From contig JAWSUX010000015.1 of assembly GCA_033852215.1 (NCBI GenBank), positions 9,586 through 73,585 on the forward strand: a DNA stretch of 64,000 nucleotides. The letters are read 5' to 3'. The stretch comes from Colwellia sp. (lineage in GTDB: Bacteria; Pseudomonadota; Gammaproteobacteria; Enterobacterales; Alteromonadaceae). Made by a program: the position numbers and the translations under genes. Each line of letters begins with the position of its first letter. Position 1 is the stretch's first letter. The notes under the pieces are model-generated. The model was given only the letters and a program-made list of their open reading frames with translations. It was not told the DNA's origin and ran no database searches. Below, one piece after another: positions 33,214 to 42,757 of the stretch.

Positions 33214-33795
33214 TTAAATAATATTCTCCACACCTTCTAACATCTTCTGCACGTTAATACGGCTGATATTTTTACCATCTAGATCACCGATGGCATCGAT
33301 AATATCGCTGTCTCCGTTTTTTCCAGCAGGTTTTTCTTCAAAAAAATCGTCCTCAAACGCCAGCGCCTTTTCAATCCCGTCAATAAGAAACCCCGTGCGT
33401 TGATTGCGGCTGTCTTTGAAGACAAGAATTTGTTTTTTGCGTTTTTTGTTTTGACTGTTGTTCTGACTATTGTTTTGAGCGTCGATAGCCATATTGGATT
33501 CCAATCCGACCAGTTGGGCGGTGTTAACCAGCAGTAATATCTCGGCGCGAAGATTCATGAGTCCGATCACGCGGGAATCTGAGTGGGGCAATATCGAGCC
33601 GCTACCAATGGAGGTGATTTCATCCAGTTCATTTAAGCCGACTGAGAATTGTTGATTCCCCAAATGAAATAACAAACTTTCGTCTTTAGACCATTCGCTT
33701 CTATTCTCTTCCTCTTTGTCGCTGGCATAGGCGATGGCGCGTTCATCCAAAATGTTCTGAGGAATAAATAACGCTTTTTTTATCGCTTTTTTCAT
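33214..33795 (-). CDS. cheW: Second CheW adaptor (WspD-like)
   Basis: ILDERA...LLFHLG...LPHS...GLMNLRAEILLLV. Start is ATG 33795 or TTG 33840. Confidence 0.82.
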   Translation of the reverse strand: MKKAIKKALFIPQNILDERAIAYASDKEEENRSEWSKDESLLFHLGNQQFSVGLNELDEITSIGSGSILPHSDSRVIGLMNLRAEILLLVNTAQLVGLESNMAIDAQNNSQNNSQNKKRKKQILVFKDSRNQRTGFLIDGIEKALAFEDDFFEEKPAGKNGDSDIIDAIGDLDGKNISRINVQKMLEGVENII

Positions 33796-34137
33796 GGCTT
33801 TGTTTTTTCTTCGAACAGGTGTGTTTTGACTATAGCGCAAGATTATGGGGTTCGCTCTTGGCCTATCGATTGGTTATTTATGAGAAAAGAATGGTCTAAA
33901 ATATCGGGGCTTATGCGTGTTAGTTTGGTTTTGTAGCTTAGGGTTATAACTTTTCCTATATTATTCCTTCGCAATCTATTAAAGAATTAACATTTCCGTT
34001 GCAAGGCCAATGAAAAAGACATTCAAAACTTATTTTCATCGGACTACACTCATTAAAGAGGGTAGGTAAGTACTGAGGTGACAGAAGTAGTAAACTAGCA
34101 GATAAAATTTCAACGGTGTCGCGGATTTAGCGAAACA

Positions 34138-36597
34138 ATGAAAACTGAACGTGATTACCACATTTTAGTGATTGAAGATTCTGCCACCATTGCTGCGGTA
34201 GTCGGCGAAGCTATGTCGCTAAAAAACATCTCATGCGATTATGCGGGAAGTGCAGAAGAAGGCTTGGATACGGTTCATCAAGCCGCTGATTCTGATGAGG
34301 CGAAAAATTATGATGCGCTTTTAGTGGATTGGCATCTGCCTGATCATAAAGGCATTTATATCGTCAAGAAATTGCAGTCCGAATACGGGGCGTCTACACC
34401 GCCAATCATGATTTACAGCGAACATATGGAGGAGGAAGCCTACAGCCTTTGTGCTGAGAACGAATCACTCGTTGATTTGCAATTCAAGTCTGATCTACAG
34501 CATTTGCCAGAGCGCATGCTCAAATTCTTGATGTTAAAAGATGTTGATATATCTGACGGCTCGCTATTAGCAGAAAGCGCGGCTAAAGTGGAAATCCTAT
34601 TGGTGGATGACTCGGAGACGCAAAGACATAAGTACTCCAGCGTGTTGAGAGAGCAAGGGTATCAGGTTTTTGAAGCGGGTTCGGTCAAGAAAGGGATGGA
34701 AGTTGCGTTGGATAACTCTATTTTGGTCGCCATTGTCGACTATATGATGCCCGATGAAACTGGCGACGTATTGGTGCGAAAACTGCGCGCCAACAATGAG
34801 ACCAAAAATTGTATTGTGGTTATGCATTCCTCCCGAAATGATATTCAGGAAGCTGCCCTAATCGCCGGGGCGCGGGATTTGTTGTACAAAGACGATCCCA
34901 TCAACATTTTTATTTTGCGAGTCCGCGCAATTGTTCAAGGCGCGATGGCGAGAAACCAAAATCAAGAATTACGTTTTTTTCAGCAAATATCCGAACAAAT
35001 GAATATAGGGTTTCTCAAAAGCTTAGGCAGCGGCTACCAGCCAGCAAATCGAATTATGGAATCGATTTTGAAAGATTGCCCCGATTTATTTGTAACAATT
35101 TCGAAGCTTGACGAAAAAGAAGGCCATCAGGTATTTGAAATTAAGGAGAAAAACAATAGAAGCAGGAGTTTTATCTATTCCCAATTTACCCTAGATGATG
35201 GTGGCCAAGCCATTCTTTTGCAAGACAATACCCTGCTTGCAGAAAAAACTCGAAAACTGGAAAAAGCCAATAAAAAATTGCAGCATCAGGCGCTTTATGA
35301 CCCCTTAACTCAGTTGGCCAACCGGGCCTTGTTCAACGCACAATTTATTAAAAGCATCAACCTTGCCAATAGAACGAACAGCAAAATTGCGCTTTTGTGT
35401 ATAGACCTGGATCGTTTCAAATATGTCAATGACTCCCTTGGTCACGATGCCGGAGATCATCTGCTCAGTAAAGTGGCGAAGCGGTTGGAGAGTGAATGCC
35501 GAAGTTCCGATACGGTTGCCAGAATGGGCGGAGACGAATTTAACGTGGTTTTAACCACAGACATATACTGCAGTGACGATTGTGAGGTTGCAGCCGATAA
35601 GATTATTCGCGCCTTAAGTCAGCCTTTTCAGTTGGAGCAGGGCACCGTACAAATTGGGGCCAGTATTGGCATTACCATTTATCCCGAGGATGGTGTGAAT
35701 ATCGAAACATTATTGGGCAATGCGGATACTGCTCTCTATCTCGCGAAAGAGAGCGGGCGTGATAACTATCAATTTTTTACCGAAGAACTCAATTGTAAAA
35801 AAAACCGCAGACAGTCTTTAGAGTTAGCCATGCGAAAAGCGCTGGTAAACAAAGAGTTTTACCTGTGCTATCAGCCCCGAGTGGAGTTTTCGACGGGCAA
35901 TATTTGTGGTTTGGAAGTGTTGATGCGCTGCAAGAGCGCTGCATTGGGAGAAGTTTACCCTGATGAATTTATCCCTATATTGGAGGAAACGCGTCTTATA
36001 TTCCCCATTTTCGAATGGCTACTCGATGAGGCTTGTGAGAATTTTAAACGATGGCGGCATCTGCTTTCCGAACCTGCGTTGCTTGCTGTTAATCTTTCGC
36101 CACGCCAGTTTGATCAACAAAAAAATCTGGTCGAAATAATCGAAAAGGCTGCAGCGAAACACCAACTGCCCAATTCCTGTATCGATATTGAAATTACCGA
36201 ATCACTCTTTATTCTGGATAACGAAAAGATTTTACAAATTCTTGAACAGCTGGGTGATATGGGTTGTGTTATAACTCTTGATGATTTTGGCACAGGCTAT
36301 GCCTCTCTGGGATACCTGAAGCAGTTTCCTATCGATGTGCTGAAGATCGACCGCTTATTTGTCAAGGACCTTCCCGAGGCTAAAGATGATGAGCAGCTAA
36401 TCGATGTGATTCTCGGGATTGTGAAAACCATGAATATGAAGGCCATTATAGAAGGTATTGAAACTGAAGATCAGCTCAATTTACTGGCTAAAAAAGGTTG
36501 CGATAGCTATCAGGGCTACTACTTTAGCAAACCCATTACAGCCGATGCTATTGATGCGATGCTCAATTCAATAGAGCCACCAGATGGCAAAGCTTAA
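34138..36597 (+). CDS. REC-REC-linker-GGDEF-EAL c-di-GMP enzyme
   Basis: Two REC domains, DPLT, RSSD I-site, GGDEF, EVLMR, DDFGTGYAS, KIDR, EGIE. Confidence 0.92.
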   Translation: MKTERDYHILVIEDSATIAAVVGEAMSLKNISCDYAGSAEEGLDTVHQAADSDEAKNYDALLVDWHLPDHKGIYIVKKLQSEYGASTPPIMIYSEHMEEEAYSLCAENESLVDLQFKSDLQHLPERMLKFLMLKDVDISDGSLLAESAAKVEILLVDDSETQRHKYSSVLREQGYQVFEAGSVKKGMEVALDNSILVAIVDYMMPDETGDVLVRKLRANNETKNCIVVMHSSRNDIQEAALIAGARDLLYKDDPINIFILRVRAIVQGAMARNQNQELRFFQQISEQMNIGFLKSLGSGYQPANRIMESILKDCPDLFVTISKLDEKEGHQVFEIKEKNNRSRSFIYSQFTLDDGGQAILLQDNTLLAEKTRKLEKANKKLQHQALYDPLTQLANRALFNAQFIKSINLANRTNSKIALLCIDLDRFKYVNDSLGHDAGDHLLSKVAKRLESECRSSDTVARMGGDEFNVVLTTDIYCSDDCEVAADKIIRALSQPFQLEQGTVQIGASIGITIYPEDGVNIETLLGNADTALYLAKESGRDNYQFFTEELNCKKNRRQSLELAMRKALVNKEFYLCYQPRVEFSTGNICGLEVLMRCKSAALGEVYPDEFIPILEETRLIFPIFEWLLDEACENFKRWRHLLSEPALLAVNLSPRQFDQQKNLVEIIEKAAAKHQLPNSCIDIEITESLFILDNEKILQILEQLGDMGCVITLDDFGTGYASLGYLKQFPIDVLKIDRLFVKDLPEAKDDEQLIDVILGIVKTMNMKAIIEGIETEDQLNLLAKKGCDSYQGYYFSKPITADAIDAMLNSIEPPDGKA

Positions 36598-36884
36598 GGG
36601 GCAGCAATTCCCCTGTATTGAGATCGTTACATTTCATTTTTCCTGTCCTTCCTATGCCTATTCCCTATGGATCAGAATGTTTGCTTATAACGTTATAGCT
36701 TATGCCATGTCACGCCCGATATCATGTCCGTTTTACATCGGTGTCGTTCAATAAATGGTCTAAAATTTAGGGGTGTTAAGTGTTCTTCCTCCCAAGCCTA
36801 ATATATAAAATCGCGATGCGGCCGGGTATGCCGCGGCGTAACTTGTTTACGAGCCTCTAGTTGGAGTAACGAAAAAGTTAATGT

Positions 36885-39800
36885 ATGAGTAGTAACAAGG
36901 CCTTATACCACATTCTCATCATCGAGGACTCACCAACAATTTGCTCTGTGGTGGCGGATGCCATGACGCATGTCAGTATCAGTAGCGATCAAGCCGGCGA
37001 TGCAGAGTCTGGCTTAGCGATGTGTCGAGCAGCGGCGGATAACGGTAAAGCCTATGATGGAATTCTTTTAGATTGGCACTTGCCCGACCACGACGGGGAA
37101 TACGTGGTCAATCAATTGCGTGAAGAAGCTGAATTCGCAACCCTGCCGATTATGATTTACAGCGAAAAAATGGAAGACAGAGCCTACGCGCTAAACTCAG
37201 GGAAAAATTCATTTATCGATTTACAATTTAAAACAGACCTAAACCGCATTCCCGCCCGAATGCAAAAATTTCTTTCACTGCAACACGTGAGCGCAATAGA
37301 GGAAAGCGAACAAGCCTACGAGAACGAGACGAGTATTTTATTAGTGGATGATTCCATCACTCAACGCATGAAATATTCCAGCATTCTCACAGAACAGGGC
37401 TACACCGTACACCAAGCCGGTAGTGTAGATGAAGGGATTGAAATTGCTAAAAAAATAAAACCCCTTATCGCCATTATCGATTACATGATGCCGGATAAAA
37501 CGGGCGATGAATTAATACATTTATTGTCTGATAGTCCCGAGACTCTGGACTGTATTTCAGTTATACACTCGTCTCGCAATGATATTCAGGAGCATGTCCT
37601 CAAGGCCGGAGCACTGGATCTACTGTATAAAGACGACCCGACCAATATTTTTATTCTAAGAGTCAGGGCCATTATCAATAGCGCACTGGCTCGACGACAA
37701 CACCAACAGCTCGATTTTTTTGAGCAAATATCTGATCAAATGGATATTGGCTATTTGCGTGAATGCAACGGCGCGTTGCAACCGGCTAATCGGGTCATGG
37801 AAGACATGATTGCCGAATGTCCGAGTCTATTTTCTGCGATGGAACGTTTGGATGATAGCGAGTCAAAGCAAGTTTTCGAAATTGTGAATAATGGGGGGCT
37901 GCCTAAAAGCTATATTTACTCAAAATTCGTTTTGGGCGATAAAAGCTCAGTAATATTATTACAGGACAATACCTTGCTTGCGGAAAAAAACCGCTCACTT
38001 AAATCGGCCCTGGAAGATAAAGACGCCGCACTGAAATCAAAAAGCAATTTTTTGGCCAATATGAGCCATGAAATTCGTACCCCCATGAATGGCGTGTTGG
38101 GAATGCTTGGGCTGTTGAAACGCAGCAGCCAAACGGAACAACAAAGTCATTACACTCAAGTTGCCCGTTCCAGCGCTAACTCCTTGTTAAGTTTGATAAA
38201 CGACATTCTCGATTTTTCAAAAATAGAAGCAGGTAAATTGGATTTTGAGATTTTGGATTTTGATCTCAACCAACAGATTGCGGACTGCGTAGAGAGTATG
38301 GCCTTTCGCAGTGAAGAAAAAGGCCTCGAACTAATTTTGGATACCTGCGATGTGGACAACCCGATGGTTAAAGGGGACCCCAGTCGCATTCGTCAAATAG
38401 TCACCAACCTGGTGAGTAATGCCATTAAGTTTACGGACACTGGTGAAATTGTTGTAAACGTTTCGCTTTCACCGGACCCAAATGCCACTCAAGAAAACGG
38501 TCTGTTAATGCGCTGTGCCATTAGTGATACTGGCATGGGTATTCCCCGCGATAAACTGAAAGGTCTGTTTGATTCCTTTTCTCAGGTCGATGCATCGGTT
38601 ACACGACGATTTGGGGGTACAGGTTTAGGTTTAGCCATAGCTAAGCAACTCAGTCAAACAATGGGCGGCGGTATTCGTGTCACCAGTGAGGAAGGGCAGG
38701 GAAGCTGTTTCAGTTTCGATATTAGACTGCAGCGAAACGAACAGGTCTCAAATGCACCTTTCCCGGAAGCTTTACAAGGAATGAAAGCCTTGATTGTTGA
38801 CGACAATCAAGCCGCACTTAATACCTTGAACCGCCAACTTTGCGCTTGGGGGCTCGATGTGAGCGTGGCTGCAAGTGGTGCTGCTGCGTTGGATTTACTG
38901 CAAAAAAACGCTTCTAACCCTACTGCAGGAATATTTGACATTGCCTTCATCGATAGACACATGCCCGATCTGGATGGCGCAAATTTAGGCCGTGAACTCG
39001 CACTAAAAACAAAACAAACGCAGTTAATTTTAATGACCACGATGGGCGATGGTCACAATAGCGAACACTATGCGGCACAGGGGTTTAGCGGTCAGCTCAG
39101 CAAGCCGGCCACTAGCGCTAAATTACGTTCGGTGCTCAATCGGGTTGTTAATGGACAAGACCTATACGCAGAGGATCAGCACGCTAAGCACGCAAGAAAA
39201 ACCGAGCAATCTCAGTTAATGGCGGGACGCGTTTTGCTGGTGGAAGATAATTCCATTAATCAAGAAGTGGCGATTGCGCTTTTGGATGATATGGGTCTTA
39301 TTACCGATGCCGTGGTAAACGGACTGGAGGCGATTGAAGCCCTGCGAAGCTCTCCGGCAGATGTTCCCTACGACTTAATACTTATGGACTGTCAAATGCC
39401 CGAAATGGATGGCTATGAAGCCAGTGCCGAAATACGTTCGGATACCGCTGGTTTGCGATATCGAGGCATTGCCATTATCGCGATGACGGCCAATGCTATG
39501 ATCGGAGATAAGAAAAAATGCATCGACGCTGGAATGAACGATTACATTCCGAAACCCATTGACCCGGCTACGATGGAAAAAACGCTGAGGCAATGGCTGC
39601 CCAAGTCGGTCGCGGTGTCAGCTTTGGTCGACATTAATGGTGCATCAACGTCATTGAAAGCCGACACGAATTCCCCCGATAACGCCTCTATAGGCAAAAA
39701 CTCGCTAGACAACCCCTCTCCAGATAGCGCCTCAAACGAAGCAAATCCTCCGGTCTGGGATGAAGCCGCGATTATGAATCGATTAAGAGGAAAACCTGAA

Positions 39801-40106
39801 AGATTGATCAAATTAATTAATATGTTTCTAAAAAACATGCCTGAACGCATGGAAACCCTTCACGACGTGATAGATCACAAGCAACTGAATAAAATTGCTC
39901 AAACCGCACACGAGATCAATGGCATTGCCGGGAATATTGGCGGCTTACGGGTGCATTCTTTAGCTAAAAAAATTGAGGACTTTGCCCGAATGGAAGAGAT
40001 GGATCACGTGACAGAACTGTGGGATGAATTCTCGGAGCAGTATCATTTGTTGGAAGCGGAATTGCGGCGATCCGCATCGGATCAAAACTCTCGGCCTCAC
40101 CATTAA
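36885..40106 (+). CDS. REC-REC-HisKA-HATPase-REC-REC-Hpt hybrid kinase
   Basis: FLANMSHEIRTPMNG, NLVSNAIKFT, GGTGLGL, LMDCQMP, Hpt AHEING; no TM segment. Confidence 0.92.
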   Translation: MSSNKALYHILIIEDSPTICSVVADAMTHVSISSDQAGDAESGLAMCRAAADNGKAYDGILLDWHLPDHDGEYVVNQLREEAEFATLPIMIYSEKMEDRAYALNSGKNSFIDLQFKTDLNRIPARMQKFLSLQHVSAIEESEQAYENETSILLVDDSITQRMKYSSILTEQGYTVHQAGSVDEGIEIAKKIKPLIAIIDYMMPDKTGDELIHLLSDSPETLDCISVIHSSRNDIQEHVLKAGALDLLYKDDPTNIFILRVRAIINSALARRQHQQLDFFEQISDQMDIGYLRECNGALQPANRVMEDMIAECPSLFSAMERLDDSESKQVFEIVNNGGLPKSYIYSKFVLGDKSSVILLQDNTLLAEKNRSLKSALEDKDAALKSKSNFLANMSHEIRTPMNGVLGMLGLLKRSSQTEQQSHYTQVARSSANSLLSLINDILDFSKIEAGKLDFEILDFDLNQQIADCVESMAFRSEEKGLELILDTCDVDNPMVKGDPSRIRQIVTNLVSNAIKFTDTGEIVVNVSLSPDPNATQENGLLMRCAISDTGMGIPRDKLKGLFDSFSQVDASVTRRFGGTGLGLAIAKQLSQTMGGGIRVTSEEGQGSCFSFDIRLQRNEQVSNAPFPEALQGMKALIVDDNQAALNTLNRQLCAWGLDVSVAASGAAALDLLQKNASNPTAGIFDIAFIDRHMPDLDGANLGRELALKTKQTQLILMTTMGDGHNSEHYAAQGFSGQLSKPATSAKLRSVLNRVVNGQDLYAEDQHAKHARKTEQSQLMAGRVLLVEDNSINQEVAIALLDDMGLITDAVVNGLEAIEALRSSPADVPYDLILMDCQMPEMDGYEASAEIRSDTAGLRYRGIAIIAMTANAMIGDKKKCIDAGMNDYIPKPIDPATMEKTLRQWLPKSVAVSALVDINGASTSLKADTNSPDNASIGKNSLDNPSPDSASNEANPPVWDEAAIMNRLRGKPERLIKLINMFLKNMPERMETLHDVIDHKQLNKIAQTAHEINGIAGNIGGLRVHSLAKKIEDFARMEEMDHVTELWDEFSEQYHLLEAELRRSASDQNSRPHH

Positions 40107-40242
40107 GTATTTTTACCTGATATAGTTTAATGCCACTTGTTCTTGTCATAAGTTATAACCCTCGCTTCGAATTCATGTATGGCGAAGGGGCTGGAGAAAA
40201 AACTTGAGCGTTTTTAATAAAACGTGGGTTATTCTGGGCAAA

Positions 40243-40345
40243 AAAAGTCGCTAAATTCAATCGGTAATATCGTCTAGCTTACGCATAATCACGGAAATAA
40301 CTCCGGTTCATTTGATTTAATCGACCTTCCTAGCCTTACCACTCT
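40243..40345. repeat. Direct repeat copy A (last ~9 codons, stop and 3' flank of the recombinase gene)
   Basis: 93/103 identical, without gaps, to 41155-41257. Confidence 0.92.
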
Positions 40346-40527
40346 TCTAGAGCAGATAGAAAATATGATTATTTCTGTCACATTGGCGCAGCTCCTGGTG
40401 TAGACCGCTCATGCTAGTCCTTCATCGCTCTTGGTGGCGCATTACACCATGCATCCGACACGGGTAGATGCAGCAGAAAAGGAGAAAAGTTGATATGCTT
40501 AGTTACATTGATAGAGAGGTCAATACA

Positions 40528-40758
40528 ATGGCAGATATACAAACAGAAACTGAATTAAGAACCTTTATTCATCAGGTGGCTGATCAGCTGCCCAAAGGTG
40601 CTACGCTGGATGATGCTATCTATCGTCTAATCGAGCGTCGAGATATTGACGCGGGGATGGCAGATATAGAGGCTGGACGCGTAATAAGTGGTGAAAAGGT
40701 CATGGCGTGGATTGATAGCTGGGGTACCGAAAACGAGCAGGAACCACCGACTCTATGA
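40528..40758 (+). CDS. Putative type II antitoxin
   Basis: Acidic; IDAGMADIEAGRVISGEKVMAWIDSW; ATGA-coupled to the toxin; ATG 40528 follows GAGG. Confidence 0.8.
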   Translation: MADIQTETELRTFIHQVADQLPKGATLDDAIYRLIERRDIDAGMADIEAGRVISGEKVMAWIDSWGTENEQEPPTL

Positions 40759-41024
40759 GGTTGAAATTTACTTCTGTTGCACTTAATGATTTAAAACGCC
40801 TTCGTGAATTTATCGCCGTCAATGACCCTCAAGCCGCTCAGCGCTATAGCCAATCGCTAAAAGAATCACTCAAAGGTTTGATTAGGCAGCCTCATATGGG
40901 GCGTATATTAGATGACGAGAGCAATATACGAGAGTTGATAGCTGGGGACTATCTTGCTCGTTACCGCATTATGGGTGACCAGGTGATCGTCTTTAAAATT
41001 CGACATGGTAAAGAGGCTCGCTAG
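40755..41024 (+). CDS. RelE/ParE family toxin
   Basis: FTSVALNDLKRLREFIA...PHMGR...YLARYRI...IRHGKE. Confidence 0.88.
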   Translation: MRLKFTSVALNDLKRLREFIAVNDPQAAQRYSQSLKESLKGLIRQPHMGRILDDESNIRELIAGDYLARYRIMGDQVIVFKIRHGKEAR

Positions 41025-41154
41025 CTTTACTTTCCCTGCGCATTTCTTGGCTCACTTTAAGCCATCTTATGGAGAAGGCTGGAGCTTCCCTAATTTCTGA
41101 ATCACATACGTCTTAAAAGAGTGGGTGCCCCAAATATGGGGGTATCAGCGACAC

Positions 41155-41257
41155 AAAAGTCGCTAAATTCATTAGGTGATTTCGTCTAGCTTACGAATAG
41201 TCATGGAAATAACTCAGGTTCATTTGATTTAATCCACCTTCCTAGCCTTGCCACTCT
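41155..41257. repeat. Direct repeat, resident copy overlapping the recombinase stop codon
   Basis: Partner of 40243-40345. Confidence 0.92.
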
Positions 41258-42470
41258 CCGCACGTTTCTTATTCTCCGTCTGCACATAAACCGTATCGGT
41301 CGTCGCCATACTGGAATGCCCCAGGTCTTCAGATAAGTCTTTTAAAGCACGACCACGTTCTATCTCCATGCTGGCACCGGTATGCCGCAGCCAATGAGTG
41401 GAGGCTTCTTTTAGGCGTCGTGCTTTGTCTTCGCCTTCTTGTTCTTTTATACGGTTATAGGTTTCGTCAAAAAGCGCTTGTACAATCCGTGTCAGGTGAC
41501 GTGATGACATGCCGCCATAACCGCGTAGTTTCTCAACGATCGGCGCGGTGTCATCAGAATAGGGCAGTGGACTCAATCCTCTAAAACTTCTGTAACGTTT
41601 TAGATACGGTAAAAAGTTGGGTGGCACGGTGGTGTCACGCAGCTTTCTGCCCTTTCCAAACACTTTTAGCCACCAGTTGCCGTCTTCATCTTCCCAAAAA
41701 TGGCTCATTACTGGCGACCATTGGCTACGCTCGGATAGTTCTGAGATTCGTAAAAACAAGGTTTTGAGTGCGGCGATGATAAAGAGCGTGCGCTCGAATT
41801 TGGGATCGGCATCGGCAAGTTCATTGGCTATGTTCAGCGCGGTTTGCCACTGATCACTACTCAAGCGTCTTACTTCTTTGACTTGAACATCCTTTATAAA
41901 ATAGCGGCAATCTTTTTTGGCGATTTGTGCGGGGTTTCCGTAAACATACTCTTCATTCATGAGGTATTTATAGAAGGCAATAATGGCCGTAAAGCTTGCG
42001 ATTAGCGTTTGTTGTGATGGCCGGTAACGTCGTTTGTCGGGTTTCGTTTGGGTGTCACTTTTGGCAATTTTTAAGCGGTAGGGTGCCCATTTAGGATTGG
42101 CCTGGAACTCCCCGTTTCGATAGGTGAATTTGTCGTGATTGGCGAGGCAAACCCAGTTTTCGGGTGGATGCCAGCAAAAGTCTGCGTAGTCCAAAACCTG
42201 GCTTTTTTTGAGCTCATTAATTGGCTGTTCTTTGACCAAAAAAGCCCATAGTAAAAAGCGCTCAACTTCGTTCCTAAACCGAACATAGGTATGTTCAGAT
42301 TTGTTTCTACCAATGTAGAGAAGGAATTCCTGCCCCCAATCCCAGTGTTTAGCCCACCAAGGTTCACCAGAATCGATGAAAGCTTTGAGGCTGACGAATT
42401 CCTGAAAAGAAAAGCCTTTTAGTTCTTCGTAGGTTGGATATAACGGTGTTGGGTTGTCTATATTCGGCAT
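41229..42470 (-). CDS. Tyrosine recombinase / site-specific integrase
   Basis: Catalytic set intact: LRISE (R), GKGRK (K), HWLRH (HxxR), LGH, TVY (Y). Confidence 0.93.
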   Translation of the reverse strand: MPNIDNPTPLYPTYEELKGFSFQEFVSLKAFIDSGEPWWAKHWDWGQEFLLYIGRNKSEHTYVRFRNEVERFLLWAFLVKEQPINELKKSQVLDYADFCWHPPENWVCLANHDKFTYRNGEFQANPKWAPYRLKIAKSDTQTKPDKRRYRPSQQTLIASFTAIIAFYKYLMNEEYVYGNPAQIAKKDCRYFIKDVQVKEVRRLSSDQWQTALNIANELADADPKFERTLFIIAALKTLFLRISELSERSQWSPVMSHFWEDEDGNWWLKVFGKGRKLRDTTVPPNFLPYLKRYRSFRGLSPLPYSDDTAPIVEKLRGYGGMSSRHLTRIVQALFDETYNRIKEQEGEDKARRLKEASTHWLRHTGASMEIERGRALKDLSEDLGHSSMATTDTVYVQTENKKRAESGKARKVD

Positions 42471-42565
42471 AAGGTTTGATCGCTAAGCCTTTGATATTTA
42501 TGGTTATAGCTTGATTTAACGTTTGTTTCTGATGGACCGTAATAGTAGTGTTCCATATATCTCTC

Positions 42566-42599
42566 GCTATGTCCAATACTGTTTAGTATCGGACATAGC
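42566..42599. other. 34-bp palindrome, candidate recombination or binding site of the recombinase
   Basis: GCTATGTCCAATA-CTGTTTAG-TATCGGACATAGC; one arm mismatch; about 95 bp upstream of the ATG. Confidence 0.6.
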
Positions 42600-42757
42600 A
42601 TGTGAGCCCCTTATCTAACAACCACTAATAAGCACATACCAATACGAGCATAACCAGAACTCAGGCCTCACAAGCGAAATATTTTGGAGGGCTTGGACTC
42701 TACAGATGTTTTCTGTCTTAGGACTTACAAAAATAACAATAAATCAAAGGGTGCATC

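Noticed and set aside
36686-36697. Palindrome TATAACGTTATA upstream of the hybrid kinase
   Set aside because: A single short AT-rich palindrome with no second copy or assignable regulator.
41229-42470. Recombinase as the integron integrase of the cassette array, or as XerC/D
   Set aside because: No IntI-specific insertion recognised, ~19 kb from the cassettes and on their distal side; longer than XerC/D and without their typical sequence.
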